Shown in pieces: positions 1 to 9,034 of a DNA stretch of 64,000 bases (the stretch's first letter is position 1; every line of letters starts with the position of its first letter). Under the pieces are notes generated by a model that was given only the letters and a program-made list of their open reading frames with translations, was not told where the DNA came from and made no database searches. The DNA is from Phycisphaerales bacterium (GTDB lineage: Bacteria > Planctomycetota > Phycisphaerae > Phycisphaerales > UBA1924). Made by a program: the position numbers and the translations under genes. The stretch is from contig OZ245777.1 of assembly GCA_965227775.1 (NCBI GenBank), positions 2,912,001 through 2,976,000 of the forward strand, in the 5' to 3' direction.

Positions 1-687
1 CGCTTCACCGTCGCCGGCGGCGATCCCGGCACGAGGTACGTCGCCCGCTGGGACGGTGCCTCGTGGACGCCGCTGGGCGCAGGCGTGAGCAACTGGGCCT
101 ATGCGCTCGAGGTGTTCGACGATGGCACGGGGCCGGCCTTGTACGCCGCGGGCAACTTTGCGAGCGCTGGTGGAATGCCGGCCAGCGGAATCGCCCGCTG
201 GGACGGCGCCGCCTGGACGCCATTGGGCGAGGGCATCTTCGGCACCGGCCTCACATTGCGCGCCGTCGGCGAGGGATCGAGCCGGACCCTCATCGTCGGG
301 GGGCGCTTCACGACCGCCGGGGGCGTCGAAGTCAACAACATTGCTCAGTGGGACGGCGTGGCGTGGTCTCCGGTTGGGACTGGGACCAACGAGCAGGTTG
401 AATCGCTGGCGAGTTTCGACGATGGCTCGGGTCCGGCCTTGTTCGCTGGAGGCACTTTCACACGCGCTGGCGATCGAGTCTCTGGCTACCTCGCCCGCTG
501 GGGTTGCATCACCGAACCCTGCCCGGCCGACCTCGACGGCGACGGCGCGCTGACCATCTTTGACTTTCTGGGATACCAGAACCTCTTCGACGCGGGTGAT
601 CTTGCGGCCGATTTTGATGGTGATGGTGAGCTGACGATTTTCGACTTCCTGGCGTTCCAGAACGCGTTCGATGCCGGGTGCGAGTGA
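1..687 (+). CDS. 5'-truncated WDG-repeat (beta-propeller-like) protein with C-terminal GC-type dockerin-like domain
   Basis: Frame is open from base 1 (RFTVAGGDPGTRYVARWDGASW...). Repeated FDDGxGPALxAGG and ARWDGxxW units; ends CPADLDGDGALTIFDFL...DFDGDGELTIFDFLAFQNAFDAGCE. Confidence 0.85.
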   Translation, partial: RFTVAGGDPGTRYVARWDGASWTPLGAGVSNWAYALEVFDDGTGPALYAAGNFASAGGMPASGIARWDGAAWTPLGEGIFGTGLTLRAVGEGSSRTLIVGGRFTTAGGVEVNNIAQWDGVAWSPVGTGTNEQVESLASFDDGSGPALFAGGTFTRAGDRVSGYLARWGCITEPCPADLDGDGALTIFDFLGYQNLFDAGDLAADFDGDGELTIFDFLAFQNAFDAGCE

Positions 688-817
688 CGAAAAGTCACTC
701 CGAGACTTACGGGAAGTGCACCACCAGATCGAACGCCGTGTACGTTCAACAACCGCACGGCATACCGGCCGCGGAGAGGTCTGGCAAGCCAGTCCAATGC
801 TGCTGAAAGGGCGAGAA

Positions 818-3301
818 GTGCGACTCAAATCAACACGTAGCGGCCTGGCACTGGTACTTGGGAGCTTGCTGGCCTTGCATGGGAATGGGCAGCGGGCTGT
901 TGGCCAGCCGTGTACAGCGAGTTGGACCGCCGAATTCTCATGCCATGAGGGCATCGATGGCACCGTGTTTGCCACCACCATGTGGGACGATGGGACGGGA
1001 CAGAAACTCGTGGCCGGCGGGTGGTTCACCATCGCCGGCTGCACGCAGGCCAGCAACGTCGCCATCTGGGATGGAAGTGAGTGGTCACCTCTCGGCGAGG
1101 GCACGAGCGGGCCGGTCTTCAGCCTGGCGGTATTCGACGCAGGCGCGGGCCCGGCACTCTTCGCCGGCGGCGACTTCGACGATGCGGGCGGAGTACGGGT
1201 GGACAACATCGCGATGTGGGATGGCGCTTCCTGGACCGGGCTCAATGGCGGCATCACCGAGTGCCCGGACTTCTTCTGTGGCGCCTCGGTCGATGCGATG
1301 GCGGTCTACGACGATGGCACAGGCCCGGCGCTCTACGTCGGCGGCCGATTCGCTCGCGCCGGTGGCGATCGCAGCGCCAGCCGCCTCGCTCGATGGAACG
1401 GTGCGAGTTGGAGCAACGTGGGTGATGCATTCGCATCGGCGAGGCTGGAAGATCGGGTCTACGGCCTCGCCGTCATCGATGCCGGCGACGGCCCGCGCCT
1501 GTACGTGGGGGGCGGCTTTCCGCGCATTGGTGGTGTTGATACACCATCGATGATCGCCTCTTGGGACGGCGCGGCGTGGCGGGCCGTCGGGGACGCCACG
1601 CCGATCTCTGGCCAAGTTCGAGACTTTGCGTGGTTCGACGACGGCTCGGGGTCGAAGCTGTTCGTGGCAGGAGACTTCTCGGCCGACCTTCCCGGCGGGA
1701 GGCAGTCCACCATCCTGGCGTGGGACGGCGCGGCGTGGTCGCCCGTTGGCGATGGCGTGGATTCGGCGCGAGGGGGTGCGTTCGCGCTGTTGCCCGATGG
1801 TGATCGCTTGCTGCTCGGCGGCGACTTCCGCTTGCGAAACCCTGACACGCTGGACGACTTGGCCGCGTGGGACGGGACGAGTTGGAGCGCCGTGGGCCCC
1901 GTCCCGCGGTCTCGCGGGCTTGACCTGTACCCAGTTCACGCCATGACGAGAATGGGTGGTGCACCGGGTGACTCGATCGCCATCGCTGGCAACTTCGAGG
2001 GACTCGACTCCGGCCAAACGGCACGCAACATCGGCGTCCTCGACGGAGTCGAGTGGCGGCGGCTGGGCGAGGGCGTGCCGGATGCGGTCCGCGCGATGGC
2101 CGAATTCGGCCCGCCCGGCGACCCAGCGGTCTACGCCGCGATCGATCGCTTCGATCTGAGCGGGGCAGACGCCATCGTGCGTCTCGTAGACGGCCGAGCG
2201 GTGCCGACCGGCGCATTTGCGGACGGGCAGGTCAACACGATGATCGAGTTCGATGACGGAACGGGCGCTGCGCTGTATGTTGGTGGCGCATTCCGAGAGA
2301 TTGGCGGTGTTGCCGCCGATGGCGTAGCCCGTTGGGACGGCTCGGCCTGGGCACCGGTCGGTACGGGATTGAGGTCATCGGTGTCTGAACTCGTCGTCGT
2401 GGAGTTCCTCGGTCGCTCGCGCCTGATCGCGGTGGGTTCTTTTAGCGGAGGCGGGACCGAACCCGCGCGCAATCTCGCGGAGTGGGACGGCACGGCGTGG
2501 GTGGCGGTTGGCGGAGGCCTGGGCGGTCGCGGCCGGGCTGCCGTGGTCTTTGATGACGGAACCCGCCCAAGGTTGTACGTCGCGGGCGACTTCAGCACGG
2601 TTGGCGCCGGCGTTGATCGAGTCAGCGCAGACAATCTGGCGAGATGGGACGGTTCCGCCTGGGAAGAAGTCGGCGGCGGTGTGCGCGGTTCGATCAACTC
2701 CATGGCGGTGTTCGATGACGGAACAGGCGCCAGGCTCGTCGTGGCGGGTCGCGTGTCACAGACCGGCGGCGCATCAGTCAGCGACGGCGCCGCCTGGGAC
2801 GGGAGCACCTGGGAATCTCTGGGCACCGGCGTCACGGGCTGCCCAGGCGGCTGCCCAAGTGGCATCACGACCATCGCTGCATTTGATGACGGCCTAGGAC
2901 CGAAGCTCTACGTCGGTGGCCGCTACCTCTCGGCGGGCGGGACCTCGGGCACTTCGTACTTGGCGGCGTGGGACGGCGCGGATTGGCAGTCGGTCGCAAC
3001 CGGAGGCATGAATGACTCGGTCTCGAGCCTGTTGGCGATCGATCAGGGCCGAGCGCTCTTGGTCGGCGGCGATTTCACGACTGCCGGAGACGGCGTCGCG
3101 TCTTACCTTGCCGTGCTCGAGAGTTGCCCGGCGTGCCCGGCCGACCTCGATGGTGACGCGGAACTCACCATCTTCGACTTCCTGAAATACCAGAACCTTT
3201 TCCAGGATGGTGATCTGGCCGCCGACTTTGATGGGGATGGTGAGCTGACGATCTTCGACTTCCTGGCGTTCCAGAACGCGTTCGATGCGGGGTGCCCTTA
3301 G
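818..3301 (+). CDS. Secreted WDG-repeat protein (~14 repeats, probable double beta-propeller) with C-terminal GC-type dockerin-like domain
   Basis: ORF 671..3301. GTG 818 chosen because it gives a signal-peptide-like N-terminus (MRLKSTRSGLALVLGSLLAL...); ATG 797 is an alternative. Same repeats and tail as the upstream gene. Confidence 0.85.
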   Translation: MRLKSTRSGLALVLGSLLALHGNGQRAVGQPCTASWTAEFSCHEGIDGTVFATTMWDDGTGQKLVAGGWFTIAGCTQASNVAIWDGSEWSPLGEGTSGPVFSLAVFDAGAGPALFAGGDFDDAGGVRVDNIAMWDGASWTGLNGGITECPDFFCGASVDAMAVYDDGTGPALYVGGRFARAGGDRSASRLARWNGASWSNVGDAFASARLEDRVYGLAVIDAGDGPRLYVGGGFPRIGGVDTPSMIASWDGAAWRAVGDATPISGQVRDFAWFDDGSGSKLFVAGDFSADLPGGRQSTILAWDGAAWSPVGDGVDSARGGAFALLPDGDRLLLGGDFRLRNPDTLDDLAAWDGTSWSAVGPVPRSRGLDLYPVHAMTRMGGAPGDSIAIAGNFEGLDSGQTARNIGVLDGVEWRRLGEGVPDAVRAMAEFGPPGDPAVYAAIDRFDLSGADAIVRLVDGRAVPTGAFADGQVNTMIEFDDGTGAALYVGGAFREIGGVAADGVARWDGSAWAPVGTGLRSSVSELVVVEFLGRSRLIAVGSFSGGGTEPARNLAEWDGTAWVAVGGGLGGRGRAAVVFDDGTRPRLYVAGDFSTVGAGVDRVSADNLARWDGSAWEEVGGGVRGSINSMAVFDDGTGARLVVAGRVSQTGGASVSDGAAWDGSTWESLGTGVTGCPGGCPSGITTIAAFDDGLGPKLYVGGRYLSAGGTSGTSYLAAWDGADWQSVATGGMNDSVSSLLAIDQGRALLVGGDFTTAGDGVASYLAVLESCPACPADLDGDAELTIFDFLKYQNLFQDGDLAADFDGDGELTIFDFLAFQNAFDAGCP

Positions 3302-3344
3302 TCGCCCGAGCCGAACCGATTGGGCCAGCGCCATAGCCTGACCG

Positions 3345-4454
3345 ATGGGTGAATCGCGACCGCCAGCCCAACTCGTTTCTGCCGCACCGGGCGGGCTGGC
3401 GGTCGACGTCGGCGGACCAGAGCCCCTGTCCATGATCGACCCCTGGCGGCCGGCGCCGCTCGCGATCATTACGCACGCGCACGCGGACCATGCGTTCCGA
3501 GGAAGTGAGAAGTACCTCTGCTCGAATCCCGGCGTCGGCGTCTTGCGAACGCGCATGGGCAAGGACGCGGTGATCGAGGGGCACGCGTACGGAGAGCCGT
3601 TTCGGGTCGAGGGCGAGGGCGGCGCGGTCGAGGTCACGTTCTTTCCGGCCGGGCACGTGCTGGGGTCGGCGCAGGTGAGGCTGCGGGTGATCGAGAGCGA
3701 TCAGCCGGCCGACGAGCGCACGTGGGTCGTGACGGGTGATTGCAACTTCACAGCTCGGCAAGAAGATCCCAATCCGACGTGCGAGCGCTTCCAGCCGGTC
3801 GCGTGCGACGTGCTACTGATCGAGAGCACGTTTGGCTTACCGATCTATCGGTGGCCAGACCCGCGCGAGGAGTTTGCAAAGTTAAACAACTGGTGGAAGT
3901 CGAACGCCGCGAACGGGCGCACGAGCATCGTCATGGCGTACGGGCTCGGCAAGGCCCAGCGTGTGCTTGCCGGTCTGGATCCGAGCATCGGGCCGATTGG
4001 CGTGCATGGGGCAATCGAGAAGCTGATGCCGGGTTACGAGGCCGAGGGGATCGAGCTGCCCGAGGTCGTGCACACGACGCAGAAGGCGCGGAGGGGCTTG
4101 CGTGGCGTGGCGATGATCATCGCGCCGCCGGGAATCCTGGGCTCGCCGTGGCTGCGCAGCTTTGGCTCGACGCGGACGAGCATGGCAAGCGGCTTCATGG
4201 TGGTGCGCGGGCGGCGGCGGTGGCGAAGCTTCGATCACGGCTGCGTCATCAGCGACCACGCCGACTGGCCGGGGCTGCTGGGCATCGTTGAGGCAAGCGG
4301 TGCAAAGAGCGTGGGCGTGACGCACGGGGCGAGCGAGCCGCTGGCGCGGTACCTCGCGGAGACGCGCAAACTCGACACGTTCGTTGTGCCGACGCGGTAC
4401 CGGGGCGAGGCGGAGGAAGAGGTCGCGAGCAACCAAGACGGTGATGGTGACTGA
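3345..4454 (+). CDS. Ligase-associated DNA damage response exonuclease (metallo-beta-lactamase/beta-CASP fold)
   Basis: THAHADH, AGHVLGSAQ, ESTFGLP and SDHADW motifs; directly upstream of an ATP-dependent ligase. Confidence 0.9.
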   Translation: MGESRPPAQLVSAAPGGLAVDVGGPEPLSMIDPWRPAPLAIITHAHADHAFRGSEKYLCSNPGVGVLRTRMGKDAVIEGHAYGEPFRVEGEGGAVEVTFFPAGHVLGSAQVRLRVIESDQPADERTWVVTGDCNFTARQEDPNPTCERFQPVACDVLLIESTFGLPIYRWPDPREEFAKLNNWWKSNAANGRTSIVMAYGLGKAQRVLAGLDPSIGPIGVHGAIEKLMPGYEAEGIELPEVVHTTQKARRGLRGVAMIIAPPGILGSPWLRSFGSTRTSMASGFMVVRGRRRWRSFDHGCVISDHADWPGLLGIVEASGAKSVGVTHGASEPLARYLAETRKLDTFVVPTRYRGEAEEEVASNQDGDGD

Positions 4455-6059
4455 GTGCGCGCCTTCACCGAGTTGTACGACGCGATTGACTCAACCACCG
4501 CGACCAGCGAGAAGCTTGCGGCGATGGCGGAGTATTTCCGCGCGGCAAGCCCCAGCGACGCGGCCATCGCGGCCTATTTCCTAAGCGGGCAGCGGGTGCT
4601 GCGGACGGTGCCGACGAGGCTGCTCTACGACCTAACCCTCGAGACGACCGGGCTGCCGGGGTGGCTCGTCGACGCGTGCTACGCCTCGGTTGGTGACTTC
4701 AGCGAGACGATTGCGCTGCTGCTGCCCGACCCCGGCAAGGGCACCGACGCTTCGCTCACGGAGATCTACGAGACGGCGATCGTGCCGCTGGCAACCAGCG
4801 AAGACGCGGCGCGGCGGGCGATCATCCTCGACGCGTGGCGGGAGATGGATGCCCGGCAGCGGTACGTCTACCAGAAGCTCATCCGAGGCGGGTTGCGCGT
4901 GGGCGTGCAGAAGAAGATGGTCGTGCGGGCTATCGCGATGGCGCATGACCTTGAGCCGGCCATCGTCGCGGCGCGCATGAGCGGGCGCATGGACCCGACG
5001 GCCAAGTGGTACGAGTCGGTCACGAGCGAGGACGCCGGCGAGGACATCGCCCGGCCGCTGCCGTTCTATCTTGCCCACCAGCTCGATCATCCGCCGCACA
5101 AAGTGCTAGGCGATCGCAGCGTATGGCTGGCCGAGTGGAAGTACGACGGCATCCGGGCCCAGCTCATCGTGCCCCATGACGGTCCGCCCATGCTGTGGTC
5201 TCGCGGCGAGGAGGACGTGGGCGAGCAGTTTCCTGAGATTTTGGCAGCGGCTCGTGATCTGCCGGGAGGAACGGTGCTCGACGGCGAGGTGCTGGGTTGG
5301 GAAGGTGACAAGCCGGCGCCGTTCGCGTTCCTACAAACACGCCTGAACCGTAAGGCGAAGACCGCCGGTCAGTTGCCGATGTTCGACGAGCGTCGCATCG
5401 TGCTGCGTGCGTTCGACGTGATCCGCTTCGAAGGCAGGGACGTGCGCAGTTCGACGCTCCGCGAGCGACGGAACATCCTGGCGTACCTCGACCTGCCAGC
5501 GCCAACGATCGACGCAACCGTTGCTGTGGACGAACCGACGTGGGATGAACTGGCCAAGCTTCGTGAACAGAGTCGCGAGCGAAGGGTCGAGGGGCTGATG
5601 CTCAAGCATCTCGACGGCGCGTACGGCGTCGGCCGCACGAAGCCCGAGGGCGGCACCGGCTGGTGGAAGTGGAAGATCGGGCCGATGACGCTCGACGCCG
5701 TACTCGTGATGGCCCAGCACGGCAGCGGACGGCGCGCCGGGCTGTACACTGACTACACGTTTGCGCTGTGGCACGACGGCGAACTCGTGAACTTTGCGAA
5801 GGCGTACAGCGGGCTGACGAACGAGGAGATCGAGCGCGTCGACAACTGGATCCGTCGCAACACGATCCGTCGGGCCGGGCCCGTGCGGGAAGTGAAGCCC
5901 GAGTTGGTCTTCGAGCTTGGATTCGAGGGCGTGCAACCATCGACGCGCCATAAGAGCGGGCTGGCGGTGCGGTTTCCGCGGATCTTGAAGTGGCGACAGG
6001 ACAAGAAGGTAGCCGAAGCGGACCATCTGGCAGCGTTGCAACGGTTGGCCGAGGCATAG
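4455..6059 (+). CDS. ATP-dependent DNA ligase (DNA damage response type)
   Basis: Motif I EWKYDGIRAQL, LDGE, EGLMLK, WWKWK, and C-terminal OB domain with RHKSGLAVRFPRI. Confidence 0.95.
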   Translation: MRAFTELYDAIDSTTATSEKLAAMAEYFRAASPSDAAIAAYFLSGQRVLRTVPTRLLYDLTLETTGLPGWLVDACYASVGDFSETIALLLPDPGKGTDASLTEIYETAIVPLATSEDAARRAIILDAWREMDARQRYVYQKLIRGGLRVGVQKKMVVRAIAMAHDLEPAIVAARMSGRMDPTAKWYESVTSEDAGEDIARPLPFYLAHQLDHPPHKVLGDRSVWLAEWKYDGIRAQLIVPHDGPPMLWSRGEEDVGEQFPEILAAARDLPGGTVLDGEVLGWEGDKPAPFAFLQTRLNRKAKTAGQLPMFDERRIVLRAFDVIRFEGRDVRSSTLRERRNILAYLDLPAPTIDATVAVDEPTWDELAKLREQSRERRVEGLMLKHLDGAYGVGRTKPEGGTGWWKWKIGPMTLDAVLVMAQHGSGRRAGLYTDYTFALWHDGELVNFAKAYSGLTNEEIERVDNWIRRNTIRRAGPVREVKPELVFELGFEGVQPSTRHKSGLAVRFPRILKWRQDKKVAEADHLAALQRLAEA

Positions 6060-6084
6060 GCGCAGCAATCCCGGTGTCGTGAAA

Positions 6085-6534
6085 TCAGTCTGGGAAGACA
6101 CCCCACATGAGCATGGCTACCACCGCAATGCCATGCAGTGCGAACGGCACATACAGCACGAGCCACTGGCCAACGAACCAGGCTTCGCTCTTGCTGGCCC
6201 GAATTTCGTAGGTCGACCTGGTCATGACGATTGCCCATAAAAGCAAACCCAGCCAGAAGGGCGCGCTGTACACGACGTACTCGAACGTGGGCATTGCCGT
6301 CAAATCGAGCATGGGGTAGACGTCGTTCTGAATCCAGTTGGGATACGCCGGATCGGTAAGGTGCACGGCGTAGACCTTGTATGCGAAGAACAGATTCAGC
6401 GGGACCATCACCAGCGGTGCGACGAGCACGAGCGCGGCGACCACGTATGCAAGGTACCGCTCGAAGTGCACCTGCTCGGGCGTGCGGTCCTTGTGCGCGC
6501 TATCCGCCGGCGCGGGACGCGCGACTGCGTTCAT
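6085..6534 (-). CDS. Small multi-pass membrane protein ending -FPD (homolog of 62493..63011)
   Basis: 149 aa with ~3 hydrophobic segments; start overlaps the upstream stop (ATGA); visible similarity to 62493..63011. Confidence 0.7.
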   Translation of the reverse strand: MNAVARPAPADSAHKDRTPEQVHFERYLAYVVAALVLVAPLVMVPLNLFFAYKVYAVHLTDPAYPNWIQNDVYPMLDLTAMPTFEYVVYSAPFWLGLLLWAIVMTRSTYEIRASKSEAWFVGQWLVLYVPFALHGIAVVAMLMWGVFPD

Positions 6535-6818
6535 GACCCGCCCCTACAGGGGGATGGAAGCCGTCGAAGGTGCCACCGGCCCTCGTACCAGAACATCAGG
6601 CCGAGGAAGAGCGTGATTGCGGGCACCCCCACCATCAGCATCACCACGGGGCCAGGATCATCAAGCAGCGGTAGCACGCCCTCGTGCTCCGACAGCCCGC
6701 TCAATAGGTAGACCAAGGCGTTGCACGGCGTGAACACGAAGATGCACATCTGGCCAAGTTGGACCTTCTCGGCGGCTTTGCCCTTCGGCGTGTCGGTACG
6801 GATCGGCCGGAACATCAA
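6531..6818 (-). CDS. Small hypothetical membrane protein
   Basis: 95 aa with two hydrophobic stretches; its stop overlaps the next start (ATGA). Confidence 0.5.
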   Translation of the reverse strand: MMFRPIRTDTPKGKAAEKVQLGQMCIFVFTPCNALVYLLSGLSEHEGVLPLLDDPGPVVMLMVGVPAITLFLGLMFWYEGRWHLRRLPSPCRGGS

Positions 6819-6940
6819 AGGAATCTACGGTTGTCGTTTGCTGTGTGTTTCGGGGACCCCCTAGCCGGATAGCATGGCGACCCGTCATTGGAGGCTGCCT
6901 GAGCGGCTTGCCGATGGCCTTGCGGCACCAGGAGACGCTC

Positions 6941-9034
6941 ATGGCCCCCTATTCGCTGACCGATTCGCCCGCAGGCAGCCATCAGACCGAGGCCAGCGGG
7001 GCCGAGGGAGATCCGGGAGCACCCGGCCACGCCCGCTATCCCCGCGTGCGGACGCCCGAGGAGGTGTTCGTCTCGCCGCGTGTGGTCGATCGGATGGCCT
7101 TCGAGGACTACGCCCAGGCGCTCCGCAAGCTGCTGGCCGCGGCGACGACCGAGGGCGAGCACCTGCGACGCACGGCCGTGGACGCCAGCCGGAGCCTGCG
7201 CGCCATCGGCGAAGTGCTGCCAGCGGTCGACAAGAAGCTGGCCAAGGCCGGGGAGATGCTCAGCACGCTCACGCAGCGGCTGGAAAGCGCCGAATCGACG
7301 GCCAAGCGGGCGGAGGCGGCGGCCGAGCGGGCCGTGACGGCCGAGCGACGCATCAAGGAGATGGACGACCGGGCCCGCCAGCGGATCTTTGAAGCTGGGA
7401 CCGCGGCCGTCGACGAGGCGATCGCACGGGTCGAGGAGGTCGCCGAGAAGCGGGCCAACGAGCTCGATGATCGAGGCGAGACGCTGACGACGTTCGTGGA
7501 TCACGGGCGGGCCGACTTGGCCGAAGCGCGGGCCAAGGCGGTCGAGGCGCTTCAGCGGGTCGCCGAGAATGCCAAGAGCGAGGCGGACACCGGGCTTCGG
7601 GCCGTGCAGGATCGCGCCGACGAGGCGCAGCGTGCGATCGCCCAGGAGCACTCGAGTGCGGCCCACGAGATCGGTCAGGCCCGCAACGAATCCGTTGAGG
7701 CGATCGGCAGCGAACGTAAGGCCGCCGAAGCAGCGATGGCCGAGCGGATCGAGGGCTTGAGCGAACGCTTGGCATCGCTCATTGAGGACGCCGAGGGCCG
7801 GCTGGCCCAGGTCATCGCCACGAGCGATGCGCAGGCCGGTGAGCGCGTGAACGAGGTTGGCGAGCGGATCGAGCGCGAGATTGCACCGAAGCTGGCCGAG
7901 GCCGAGGCGAACGCCGACGCCGTGCTGGACCGAGTGGACCAGGTCGGCACCAAGGCCCGCGGCGTGTTTGAGCTCGACCTCGACGGCATCGAGTCGTTGT
8001 GCGACCGGGCCGAAGCGTTGATTGAGTCGACGGGCGCCGGATCGACCAAGCCCGCCGAAGGTACGCTCGCGGCGGTGGCGGCTTCGGCCATGGCCGCGAT
8101 GGAGCAGATGGACGAGGTAGCGACCGCCGGCGAGCGTGCGCGTCGTCAAGCGGAAGAGAGCCGCAAGGCGCTCAGCGAGTCGATCGAGTCGGCGGGGCTC
8201 TGGCTTGATCGGCTGGTCGAGCAGCGCGATGGCCTGCAGCAGTCGATAACGCTTGCGACGAAGCTGTGCGAGCAGGCCGAAGGGCAGCTCAGCCAGCGCC
8301 GCGCCGAACTCGACGAGGCGATGCGGGCGCCGGCGACGGAGGTCAAGCGGCACCTTGACACGCTCAAGACCGCGTCGGAGGAAGCCGAGACCAAGCGTAC
8401 GGCCCTAGCCGAGTTGATCGAAGAGTCGGAGAAGCGGGCGGAGAAGAAAGCCAACGCCGCAGCGGACAAGGCTGCCGAGAAGGCGATCCACAAGGCAAAG
8501 ATCGAATCCGAAAAGCTCGATGCCAAGGCGATGCAGGCTCGCCAGGCGCTCGATCAGGCATGGAAGACGCTCGAGACACGATTGAAGGGCGAACTGAAGG
8601 AGAGCCTTACGGCACTGAGCGCCGAGGCACAGCGCGCCGAGCGAGCGCGTGTCGCCCTGCGGGAGGACATCGAGGCGGCGCGGCAGGTCGAGAAGGAGAC
8701 GCGGGCGGCCATCAGCAAGCCCGCAGCGCCGAGCAGTGTCGATCAGCTTAACAAGCTGGCGAATCTGATGCAGGACCTGGCCGAGCGGACTGCTGGCAAG
8801 AAGCCGGCCGTGGCGAAGACTCCCGAGCCCAAGGCAGCCGCGGCAGCCGCACCAGCACGCGCAGCTGCAGCGACGGCCCGGGCGACACAGGCCGCGCCTG
8901 CAAAGCCGACGACCAAAAAGGCGGCCAAGAAGGTCGCGAAGAAGACTGCTTCAAAGAAGACGACGACGAAGAAGGCTACGACCAAGAAGACCGCAACCAA
9001 GAAGACGGCGGCACGAAAGAAGGCCGGCGGCTAG
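6941..9034 (+). CDS. Long alpha-helical coiled-coil protein with Lys/Ala/Thr-rich histone-H1-like C-terminal tail
   Basis: ORF 6845..9034; ATG 6941 follows an AGGAG RBS. A/E/R-rich helical body; tail KKAAKKVAKKTASKKTTTKKATTKKTATKKTAARKK. Confidence 0.8.
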   Translation: MAPYSLTDSPAGSHQTEASGAEGDPGAPGHARYPRVRTPEEVFVSPRVVDRMAFEDYAQALRKLLAAATTEGEHLRRTAVDASRSLRAIGEVLPAVDKKLAKAGEMLSTLTQRLESAESTAKRAEAAAERAVTAERRIKEMDDRARQRIFEAGTAAVDEAIARVEEVAEKRANELDDRGETLTTFVDHGRADLAEARAKAVEALQRVAENAKSEADTGLRAVQDRADEAQRAIAQEHSSAAHEIGQARNESVEAIGSERKAAEAAMAERIEGLSERLASLIEDAEGRLAQVIATSDAQAGERVNEVGERIEREIAPKLAEAEANADAVLDRVDQVGTKARGVFELDLDGIESLCDRAEALIESTGAGSTKPAEGTLAAVAASAMAAMEQMDEVATAGERARRQAEESRKALSESIESAGLWLDRLVEQRDGLQQSITLATKLCEQAEGQLSQRRAELDEAMRAPATEVKRHLDTLKTASEEAETKRTALAELIEESEKRAEKKANAAADKAAEKAIHKAKIESEKLDAKAMQARQALDQAWKTLETRLKGELKESLTALSAEAQRAERARVALREDIEAARQVEKETRAAISKPAAPSSVDQLNKLANLMQDLAERTAGKKPAVAKTPEPKAAAAAAPARAAAATARATQAAPAKPTTKKAAKKVAKKTASKKTTTKKATTKKTATKKTAARKKAGG

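Noticed and set aside
6815..8353. 512-aa minus-strand ORF
   Set aside because: Antisense shadow of the coiled-coil gene; typical of high-GC codon bias, no motifs.
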